Below, one piece after another: positions 18,434-25,963 of a stretch of DNA of 64,000 nt. Each line of letters starts with the position of its first letter. The first letter of the stretch is position 1. The notes beneath the pieces were generated by a model. The model was not told where the DNA came from. It did no database searches and saw nothing but the letters and a program-made list of their open reading frames with translations. The position numbers and the translations under genes are program-made. The DNA is from Pseudomonadota bacterium (lineage in GTDB: Bacteria > Pseudomonadota > Gammaproteobacteria > Burkholderiales > Gallionellaceae): assembly GCA_021821945.1 (NCBI GenBank), contig JAJZTF010000003.1:67615-131614 (forward strand), given 5' to 3'.

Positions 18434-18507
18434 GCGGGTGTAGCTCAATGGTAGAGCAGAGGCTTCCCAAGCCTACGACGACGGTTCGATCCCGTTCACC
18501 CGCTCCA
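18434..18507 (+). tRNA. tRNA-Gly (anticodon CCC)
   Basis: Cloverleaf folded by hand. The acceptor stem is GCGGGTG/CACCCGC, the D-arm GCTC-AATGGTA-GAGC, the anticodon loop TTCCCAA and the T-arm GACGG-TTCGATC-CCGTT. The 3' CCA is encoded. Confidence 0.9.
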
Positions 18508-18510
18508 ACC

Positions 18511-18846
18511 TCACTGCTTGGGCAAAGACCAGTCATATCCCTGAACGATGCCGCGCGTATCGAACTTGATCTGCAGCGTCTTCAGCCTGGTCGCCGACAC
18601 GTCGGAAAAATTCCCGGAGGCGTAGTAGTAAGTCCATTCGTCGTATCTCTGCCCGTCCGTTTCGATCCTAACTCCCGTTCCGTTGGGTTCGCCCAGCCAT
18701 GAGCGGACCTGGTCTTTTGAGGTCGAGCCTCGTTCGACCCTGCTGGTGAAAGAGGCTGCGTTGAAGTCGCTGCCGACGGTGAAGCTGGTCGCGCTGCATG
18801 CTGAAAGCAGAAAGGCAGCGGCGATCATGAAAAGTTTGCGCATCAT
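18511..18846 (-). CDS. Small lipoprotein with a SmpA/OmlA (BamE-like) domain
   Basis: 111 aa. It has the lipobox LLSAC and the BamE-like motif KDQVRSWLGEP. Confidence 0.5.
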   Translation of the reverse strand: MMRKLFMIAAAFLLSACSATSFTVGSDFNAASFTSRVERGSTSKDQVRSWLGEPNGTGVRIETDGQRYDEWTYYYASGNFSDVSATRLKTLQIKFDTRGIVQGYDWSLPKQ

Positions 18847-18937
18847 CGAAGCGATCTCCTCTTATGTTTAATTGCGATATTCTACTTCATATGGCGCAAG
18901 GTATGCTATGGAGTGTGCTACAATGTGACCACTATAT

Positions 18938-19183
18938 ATGACCATGGGGGTGGTAATGCAAACAGCCATTGGAGCGGGGGAGTTTAAGGCAAAGTGCCTG
19001 CAACTTCTTGACGACATTGCCGAACAACGCGGAACCTTAATCATCACAAAGCATGGCAAACCTGTCGCCAAACTTGTGCCGGTAGAGCCAGAACAACGGT
19101 TATTCGGTGCGCTGAAGGGGAGCGTTGTTGAAGAGCCGGATATCCTTGCCCCTATCAACGTCGACTGGGAGTCTGCCAAGTGA
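18938..19183 (+). CDS. Type II antitoxin, Phd/YefM-type (partner of VapC)
   Basis: 81 aa containing EFKAKCLQLLDDIAEQRGTLIITKHGKPVAKLVP. The start could instead be the Met at 18956. Its stop overlaps the vapC start. Confidence 0.75.
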   Translation: MTMGVVMQTAIGAGEFKAKCLQLLDDIAEQRGTLIITKHGKPVAKLVPVEPEQRLFGALKGSVVEEPDILAPINVDWESAK

Positions 19184-19599
19184 GTTTGGTGTTGCTGGAT
19201 ACACACGCTTGGGTATGGTTGTTGAACGGCGACTCCAAACTCAGTCCCAAGGCCGTGAAAGCTATTGAACGCTCGTTATCCAAAGAAGCCGTATTGTTGT
19301 CGGCTATTTCTCCTTGGGAGGTGGCCATGTTGGTGGGAAAAGGAAGACTCACATTGGATCGTGATGTCGGAGAATGGGTAAGTGCGGCTGTATCTATTTC
19401 AGGCATCCGACTTGAGCCCATTTCGCCGGAAATTGCCGTCGCCAGCACAAGGCTTCCAGGAAATATTCATCCCGATCCGGCTGATCGTTTGATTGCTGCG
19501 ACAGCCCGCCATCATGGCGCATTGCTGATTACAGACGATCAATTGTTGCTTGACTATGGCGCAGCCGGGCATCTGAAAATTTTGAAGGCTGGGCGTTAA
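19180..19599 (+). CDS. vapC: PIN-domain toxin VapC
   Basis: 139 aa with a GTG start. Contains LLDTHAWVW and DPADRLIAATA, the acidic PIN residues. Confidence 0.8.
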   Translation: MSLVLLDTHAWVWLLNGDSKLSPKAVKAIERSLSKEAVLLSAISPWEVAMLVGKGRLTLDRDVGEWVSAAVSISGIRLEPISPEIAVASTRLPGNIHPDPADRLIAATARHHGALLITDDQLLLDYGAAGHLKILKAGR

Positions 19600-19612
19600 G
19601 AATTTATCGATC

Positions 19613-21157
19613 ATGAATCTGCTCAAATCACTTGCCACGATCAGCGGGCTGACGCTGGTGTCGCGCATCATGGCCTTCGCGCGCGACGTGCTGGTCGCCA
19701 AGGTGTTCGGCGCCGGCATGGCAACGGATGCGTTCTTCGTCGCATTCAAGCTGCCCAACCTTCTGAGACGGATGTTCGCCGAAGGCGCTTTCTCGCAGGC
19801 ATTCGTTCCCATCTTCGGCGAGTACAGGAATAGACGGGGGCACGATGAGACTAGGCTGCTTCTGGATCACGTCACGACGATGCTCGCGATCGTGCTTTTC
19901 CTGGTGACGCTGATCGGCATCATCGCGGCCCCCTATCTCGTCTATCTCAGCGCTCCGGGCTTTGCGAAGGACGCAGAAAAATTCGATCTGACCGTCTTGC
20001 TCTTACGCTACACATCCCCCTATATCTTCTTCATCTCGCTGGTCGCGGTCGCAGCCGCCATCCTCAACACCTACAACAAGTTCTGGGTCCCGGCCTTCGC
20101 GCCCATACTGCTCAACGTCTGCTTCATAGCAAGCGCGCTCTGGGTTGCCCCCTATTGTCATCCGCCGATACTGGCGCTGGCGATAGCGGTCCTGGTCGCA
20201 GGCATCGTTCAGCTCGCATTCCAGATTCCTTTCCTGAAAAAGATAGACATGCTGCCCAGCATCCGCCTCAGCCTTAAGGACGAGGGCATGAGGCGGGTCA
20301 TCAGGCAGATGGGGCCTGCGATGTTCGGCGTGTCGATCACCCAGATCAGCCTGATCATCAACAGCATCTTCGCTTCCTTCCTTGCGGGAGGCAGCGTATC
20401 CTGGCTTTATTACGCGGACAGGCTGATGGAATTTCCCACTGGCCTTCTGGGCGCGGCCCTTGGCACGATACTCCTTCCCTCCCTTTCCAAGTGCCATGCG
20501 AACGGGGACAGCGTCGAATATTCCAGACTCCTGGACTGGGGGCTCAAGCTTACCTTCATGCTGGCCTTGCCTGCAGCGTTAGCGCTAGGCATGATCGCAG
20601 TCCCGCTGCTTTCGACATTCTTTCAGAGAGGCGCCTTTTCGGCATCGGATGTGCTGATGACGAGCCATGCTCTGGTTGGCTACAGCGTGGGATTGATAGG
20701 ATTGATACTCGTGAAGATACTGGCGCCCGGCTTCTATGCCCGGCAGGACATCCGGACTCCCGTGAAGATAGGCCTTGCAACGCTTTTCGCGACCCAGATG
20801 ATGAATGTTCTTTTCATCTATGTCATGCATCTTCAGCATGCTGGCCTCGCATTGTCAGTGGGCTTGGGCGCATGCCTGAATTCCGCGATCCTCTTCTATT
20901 TCCTGCGCAGGAAGAAAATCTACCAGCCGGAGCCTGGATGGGCAGTCTATTTCCTGAAGGTGGGAATCGCCGTGCTCGCGCTCGCAATCACGCTCTGGTT
21001 CGGCATGGGCAGCCAGGATGGATGGCTCACTGGCTCAGGCCTTTCACGCATCCTGCGCCTCTCAGTCCTGGTCGCCGAAGGAATCGCGGTCTATTTTTCA
21101 GTTCTGGCGATTCTGGGTTTCAGGCCGAAGGATTTTTCAAGGCGGGCGATAGGCTGA
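19613..21157 (+). CDS. murJ: Lipid II flippase MurJ (MviN)
   Basis: 514 aa, polytopic. The N-terminus MNLLKSLATISGLTLVSRIMAFARDVLVAKVFGAG is typical of MurJ. Confidence 0.9.
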   Translation: MNLLKSLATISGLTLVSRIMAFARDVLVAKVFGAGMATDAFFVAFKLPNLLRRMFAEGAFSQAFVPIFGEYRNRRGHDETRLLLDHVTTMLAIVLFLVTLIGIIAAPYLVYLSAPGFAKDAEKFDLTVLLLRYTSPYIFFISLVAVAAAILNTYNKFWVPAFAPILLNVCFIASALWVAPYCHPPILALAIAVLVAGIVQLAFQIPFLKKIDMLPSIRLSLKDEGMRRVIRQMGPAMFGVSITQISLIINSIFASFLAGGSVSWLYYADRLMEFPTGLLGAALGTILLPSLSKCHANGDSVEYSRLLDWGLKLTFMLALPAALALGMIAVPLLSTFFQRGAFSASDVLMTSHALVGYSVGLIGLILVKILAPGFYARQDIRTPVKIGLATLFATQMMNVLFIYVMHLQHAGLALSVGLGACLNSAILFYFLRRKKIYQPEPGWAVYFLKVGIAVLALAITLWFGMGSQDGWLTGSGLSRILRLSVLVAEGIAVYFSVLAILGFRPKDFSRRAIG

Positions 21158-21177
21158 ACCTGTCAGGCTGGGCTAGA

Positions 21178-22032
21178 ATGCAGACCATGAAATTTGCAAT
21201 CGCGACCAGTGACTCCTACCAGTGCGTGCTCGAGGCTTTCCTGAGAGCAGGCTGGCAGCTCGAGAAGCTCTTTGTGTCTCCCGACAACTGGATGTACAGC
21301 AACCAGCAGGTGATCGCGCGCGCGCTTGAGCTCGGCGCCTCGGTGCAGCATTCCCCGGTGAAGGAAAGAGATCTTGCCGAACTGGACAGCGATCTCTTCG
21401 TCGTTTCCTGCTACCAGTGGAAGATTCCATCCTGGGAGAAGCATGTCCCCCGTGCCGTCAATTTCCATCCTTCCCCATTGCCCGAAGCGCGCGGCCCCTA
21501 TCCTTTCGTCAGGGCGATCCTGGAGAACAGAACGAACTGGGCTGCGTCCTGCCACCGAATAAGCGAGGAATACGACCGCGGCGACATACTTGCTTCCGAG
21601 CATTTTGCGCTGGATGCGGACGAGAACCATGAGTCTCTGAGGCTCAAGACCCAGATGGCGACGGGAAGGCTTGCTTCAAGGATCGCGACCAATCTCGAAA
21701 TTCTCTGGAATTCCGCCCTTCCCCAGGGGGAGGGAAGCTACTGGTCGAAATGGTCGGAGGACGACCGCATCATAGACTTTGCGGCGCCTGTGGAATCCAT
21801 CATGAGGAAGGTGCGGGCATTCGGAGACATAGAGTGCGCGGCCAGGGTCAACGGCATCATGGTCTTCATACACAGGGCAAAGGGCTGGGTCGAGCAGCAT
21901 CAGGTTGTTCCCGGAACGGTGGTGCATGCAAATAATTTCGTGATGGTGGTCGCGGCAAGCGACGGCTATATCGCGATCACGGAATGGGGCCTCAATGCGC
22001 CCGGAGCAGTCATCTCGAATTCGAGGCGCTGA
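21178..22032 (+). CDS. Formyltransferase-family protein (Fmt/ArnA-N-like)
   Basis: This is the 3' part of ORF 20491-22032, with the start at MQTMKF (21178 or 21187). The core VNFHPSPLPEARG and the downstream YDRGDIL fit the Formyl_trans N- and C-domain pattern. Confidence 0.65.
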   Translation: MQTMKFAIATSDSYQCVLEAFLRAGWQLEKLFVSPDNWMYSNQQVIARALELGASVQHSPVKERDLAELDSDLFVVSCYQWKIPSWEKHVPRAVNFHPSPLPEARGPYPFVRAILENRTNWAASCHRISEEYDRGDILASEHFALDADENHESLRLKTQMATGRLASRIATNLEILWNSALPQGEGSYWSKWSEDDRIIDFAAPVESIMRKVRAFGDIECAARVNGIMVFIHRAKGWVEQHQVVPGTVVHANNFVMVVAASDGYIAITEWGLNAPGAVISNSRR

Positions 22033-23840
22033 TGCATCCTGATGCCGAAGCCCTGCTTTCCGCCTATGCTGCAGGCAGGCTTGAAGAAGCCGCAGGTCTG
22101 GCAAGATCCTTTGCCGAAAAGTTTCCGGACCATGGCCTTGGCTGGATGGTGCTGGGCGCTGCTCTCATGCAGCTGGGAAGGGATGCGGAGGCGTTGCATT
22201 GCCTGAAGAAGGGTGCAGAACTTTCACCTGAAAATGCGGATGCGCACAACAACCTGGGTGTCGCGCTTCTAAGTCTCGGCCGCTTGGATGAGGCAAGGAA
22301 TAGCCTAGAGCGCGCGTTGCGGATCGCCCCAGATTATGCAGAGGCCCACAACAACCTTGGCAATCTTTTCAGAAGGCTTCAGCGTTTCGATGAGGCGGAG
22401 ATCTGCTACCGCAGAGCGCTTGAGATATCGCCTGGTTATGCCGAGGCTCATGGCAATCTGGGCATATTGCTGAGGGATGCGGGAAGGCTTCATGAAGCCA
22501 AGGAGTGCGCGCATCGCGCACTGCAGCTCGCACCTGAAGTCGCGGATGCACACAACAATCTCGGAGCCATACTTCTGGACATGGGTCTTTTCCTTGATGC
22601 GGAAAAGAGCCTGCGCCGAGCATTGCAGATCGAGCCGGATCATCCGATGGCGCACAACAATCTGGCCTCAGTATTGAAGGAGATGATGAGGCGGGACGAG
22701 GCGGAGGCTGTCTACAGGCATGCGCTTTCCATCAGGCCATGCGATGCAGATGCGCTTCACGGGCTTGCGAATCTTAATCTCGAAAGGGGCGAGGTCGATG
22801 ATGCGGTTCTCATGTACGGAAAAATACTGAAGGACCATCCTTCAAACATCGAGGTCAGATACAGCCTCGCGCTATCGGGCAAGGGGAATGACGAAAATTT
22901 TTCGGTGCTTGCCGGAATGGACGAACCTTTGAACGTCAAGGATGCGGTATTCAGGCATTACGCATTGGGAAAGTGTTTTGATGAAAGGGGTGATTACGAA
23001 AACGCGTTTCTTCATTATTCCAAAGGGGCAGGGCTCAAGCGCTCTATGCTTGACTATCGTCCGGAAGCTGAGCGCTTTGAAAGAATTGCGCGCGACTTCG
23101 ATGCATCCGCGATAGAACGTCTAAAGGGGGCTGGCAATCCGTCTGAGCTTCCTGTGTTCGTGCTTGGCATGCCCCGATCTGGCACCACGCTGGTAGAGCA
23201 GATCATCGCAAGCCATCCCGGGGTGCAGGCAGGAGGAGAGCTTCCGGACCTCCTTCATGTCGTGGAGCGGAATCAGAGCGGGTCAGAGCTTGAAAGGATC
23301 GCGGGCTGGGGAAAAGAGTATATACGGTCACTCAGGGCGAGGGCGCCTGATGCGAAGCGCATCACCGACAAGATGCCCGCAAATTTCTTCGCGATCGGGC
23401 TGATACACGCGATGCTGCCCAATGCGAGGATCATACATGTGAGGCGGGACCCGCTCGACACCTGTCTTTCCTGTTACACCCAGCTCTTCAGCCGGGGGCA
23501 TGAATACAGCTATGATCTTTTTGAGCTTGGAAAATATTACCGGGGCTATGCGTTTCTCATGGAGCACTGGAGAACGACCCTGCCTCCCGGCTCCTTCCTC
23601 GAAGTAAGTTACGAGGACGTGGTCTCGGATCTCGAAGGGCAGGCGCGCCGCATGCTCGAATACTGCGGCCTGGACTGGGACCGAGCCTGCCTCGATTTCC
23701 ACAGGAATGAAAGGCCGGTGCAGACGGCGAGCCTGATGCAGGTCAGAAAGCCCGTTTACGGCTCCTCTGTCGGGCGCTGGCGGTGCTACGAGTCCCACCT
23801 GGGGCCGCTTATCGAATCGCTGTCTGGCGCATGGCCCTGA
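22032..23840 (+). CDS. TPR-repeat / sulfotransferase fusion protein
   Basis: Within ORF 21984-23840. The ATG at 22032 shares 1 nt with the upstream TGA. About 7 TPR repeats (AEAHNNLG recurs) are followed by a PAPS 5'-PSB loop (GMPRSGTTL) and a 3'-PB motif (RDPLDTCLS). Confidence 0.75.
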   Translation: MHPDAEALLSAYAAGRLEEAAGLARSFAEKFPDHGLGWMVLGAALMQLGRDAEALHCLKKGAELSPENADAHNNLGVALLSLGRLDEARNSLERALRIAPDYAEAHNNLGNLFRRLQRFDEAEICYRRALEISPGYAEAHGNLGILLRDAGRLHEAKECAHRALQLAPEVADAHNNLGAILLDMGLFLDAEKSLRRALQIEPDHPMAHNNLASVLKEMMRRDEAEAVYRHALSIRPCDADALHGLANLNLERGEVDDAVLMYGKILKDHPSNIEVRYSLALSGKGNDENFSVLAGMDEPLNVKDAVFRHYALGKCFDERGDYENAFLHYSKGAGLKRSMLDYRPEAERFERIARDFDASAIERLKGAGNPSELPVFVLGMPRSGTTLVEQIIASHPGVQAGGELPDLLHVVERNQSGSELERIAGWGKEYIRSLRARAPDAKRITDKMPANFFAIGLIHAMLPNARIIHVRRDPLDTCLSCYTQLFSRGHEYSYDLFELGKYYRGYAFLMEHWRTTLPPGSFLEVSYEDVVSDLEGQARRMLEYCGLDWDRACLDFHRNERPVQTASLMQVRKPVYGSSVGRWRCYESHLGPLIESLSGAWP

Positions 23841-24948
23841 TGAGCATGGAGCGGAAGGCGGAGAAGACCTTTTCCATGTGTTCCTGCTTGTACGGGAAGA
23901 GGTCCATGGGGTCCGTCGCATGCACCCAGCCGCGGTTGTCAGCCTCGAATACGAGCAGCTTCTTATCGTCAGTCTCGGCGCAGTCTATCACCACGTAGTC
24001 CAGCCCTGTGCGCCTTGAAATCTCGTTCAGGGCGCCGCGATGGCGGGGCAGGAATTCGCCCTCGAAGCGCTTCATGAAGCCCGCCTCCTCGCATCGCTTC
24101 TCAGCGCTCATGCCCATGTTCGATGTGCCGTAGTGGACTATCCAGTGTTCATTGATCGCAAGGTGGCAGACATGAGGCTCCCCGTCGATCAGAACGATGC
24201 GGATCTTGCGATAGCGCCCATCCCGGCTCCTGCAGTCGATGAAGCGCGAGACATGGAAGAATTCGGCGTCCGATTTTGTGAGATATTCCTTCAGATCCTC
24301 CGCATCCTCTATCCTGGAAAGCCCCTGTCCCGCCTGCGAGTCCAGCGGCCTGATCGTCATCGGATAGTTGGCTGTCAGGCTCTGCCTGCTTTCTATCGTC
24401 GTGGGCGCGATCTCGAGTCCCGGAATGTCCCTGAGGATTTGCCAGAGAATTTCGCGGGCGCAGCGCCTGATGCCGTCCACAGGGTTCAGTACCGGCCGCG
24501 GCCAGTTCGCAATGATTTCCTCCATCTCGTCGAGAGATGACCTTTTCCCGGCCGCAACGATCGCGACGTCGTGCTCCGGTATCGCTTCAGGAAGCGGCAT
24601 GCCCGGCAGAATATAGAGGAGGTCCAGCTGTATGTCCGAATTCTCTGTCAGGTATTCGATGGGCGTATTGTCGGAGGAGTCGCCCGGCGTCATCAGCGCG
24701 AGGAGCCTGATGGCGGGATTTCTGACCGCGTCTATCCTGAATGCCGTCGAGAGCGCCAGCGCCTTTTCCTGCATCGCGAGCGCGAAGCCGCGATTGCCCA
24801 GGGTGGAGAATATCTGGTACTGGTTCATGAAGAAGCCTGCGTCGGGCGGCCTTCCCTCGATCAATTCTGCTATCTCGGCAGCACTCATGCGCACCAGCCG
24901 GGGCATGGAGACGATGGGGGGAGGCGCCATTGCGATCAGCCTGATCAA
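23809..24948 (-). CDS. ATP-grasp-like (RimK-type) domain protein, function unknown
   Basis: 379-aa ORF. The C-terminal half resembles an ATP-grasp fold (RPLDSQAGQGL...FIDCRSRDGRYRKIRIVLIDG...VVIDCAE). This assignment is made by eye only. Confidence 0.4.
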   Translation of the reverse strand: MIRLIAMAPPPIVSMPRLVRMSAAEIAELIEGRPPDAGFFMNQYQIFSTLGNRGFALAMQEKALALSTAFRIDAVRNPAIRLLALMTPGDSSDNTPIEYLTENSDIQLDLLYILPGMPLPEAIPEHDVAIVAAGKRSSLDEMEEIIANWPRPVLNPVDGIRRCAREILWQILRDIPGLEIAPTTIESRQSLTANYPMTIRPLDSQAGQGLSRIEDAEDLKEYLTKSDAEFFHVSRFIDCRSRDGRYRKIRIVLIDGEPHVCHLAINEHWIVHYGTSNMGMSAEKRCEEAGFMKRFEGEFLPRHRGALNEISRRTGLDYVVIDCAETDDKKLLVFEADNRGWVHATDPMDLFPYKQEHMEKVFSAFRSMLIRAMRQTAIR

Positions 24949-24958
24949 GGCAGGCAGG

Positions 24959-25900
24959 TCATTCCTCGTCCATTTCGCAGGACAGGTGCATGATGTCTGC
25001 GACGACCTTCTTCGTCAGATGTGGGGCGAAGAGTTCGATGAAATCGTAGGTGAATGCGCGCAGGTAGCCGTTCTTGCGTATTCCGATCTTGGTCGTGCTG
25101 GGTTTGAAGAGATGGCCGGCATCCAGCATGCGAAGATTGGGCTCGTGCTCCGGATCGAATGCGATGTCCGCCATGATGCCAACGCCCAGACCAAGCTCTA
25201 TATAGGTCTTCATCACGTCGGCGTCTATCACCGTGAGCGCGATGTCCGGCGTGATGTTCGCCTTCTTGAATGCGTCGTCTATCTTGCTTCTTCCCGAAAA
25301 GGCCTGGTCATAGGTGATCAGTGGATACTTGGAGAGCGCCCTCAATGTCAGCGTCTTCTCCTTCAGCAGGGCGTGGTTGGGCGGCACGATCACGCAGTGG
25401 TGCCAGTCGTAGCAGGGCAGGGTGACGAGCCCCTCGTAGGAGGAGAGGCTCTCGGTCGCGATGCAGATGTCGGCCTCACCGTGCAGCACCTGCTCGGCTA
25501 TCTGCGTGGGACTGCTCTGATGCAGGTTCAGTTTCACCTTGGGGAAGCGTTCTATGAATCTCTTCACGACCGGCGGCAGGACGTAGCGGGCCTGCGTGTG
25601 GGTTGTGGCTATCGTCAGCTGGCCTACGTCCCTTGCGTGGAATTCCTGCGCATACTGCTTGAAGTTCTTCGTCTCCAGCAGTATCTGCTGGGCGATCGCA
25701 AGCAGCCCCTTGCCGGGCTCGGTGATCGCGGCGATGCGCTTTCCGTTGCGCACGAAGATTTGTATGCCGAGCTCCTCCTCCAGCAGCTTGATCTGCTTGC
25801 TGATCGCCGGCTGCGATGTGTAAAGCGCCACTGCGGCGTCCGAGATCTTGAGATCCCGCCTCGCGATTTCGTTGAGATAGCGCAACTGTTGCAGGTTCAT
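24959..25900 (-). CDS. cysB: LysR-family transcriptional regulator, CysB/Cbl type
   Basis: MNLQQLRYLNEIARRDLKISDAAVALYTSQPAISKQIKLLEEELGIQIF closely parallels the CysB N-terminus. Confidence 0.7.
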   Translation of the reverse strand: MNLQQLRYLNEIARRDLKISDAAVALYTSQPAISKQIKLLEEELGIQIFVRNGKRIAAITEPGKGLLAIAQQILLETKNFKQYAQEFHARDVGQLTIATTHTQARYVLPPVVKRFIERFPKVKLNLHQSSPTQIAEQVLHGEADICIATESLSSYEGLVTLPCYDWHHCVIVPPNHALLKEKTLTLRALSKYPLITYDQAFSGRSKIDDAFKKANITPDIALTVIDADVMKTYIELGLGVGIMADIAFDPEHEPNLRMLDAGHLFKPSTTKIGIRKNGYLRAFTYDFIELFAPHLTKKVVADIMHLSCEMDEE

Positions 25901-25963
25901 TGACGCTCCTGAGCTCGTTTATGTGTCTGTGATGGTAACATGAAGCGGTCTGTGGCGAGTCGG

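Noticed and set aside
18396-18440. Imperfect hairpin (CCCGCAACCCG ... CGGGTTCGCGGG) between hsp20 and tRNA-Gly, considered as an hsp20 terminator
   Set aside because: The right arm overlaps the tRNA acceptor stem, the stem has a bulge and an 11-nt loop, and there is no T-tract. The evidence is not convincing.
20491-21177. N-terminal 229-aa extension of the formyltransferase ORF, overlapping the 3' third of murJ
   Set aside because: The extension is out of frame inside a well-supported murJ and is Arg/Pro-rich. The formyltransferase homology begins at MQTMKF (21178), just after the murJ stop.
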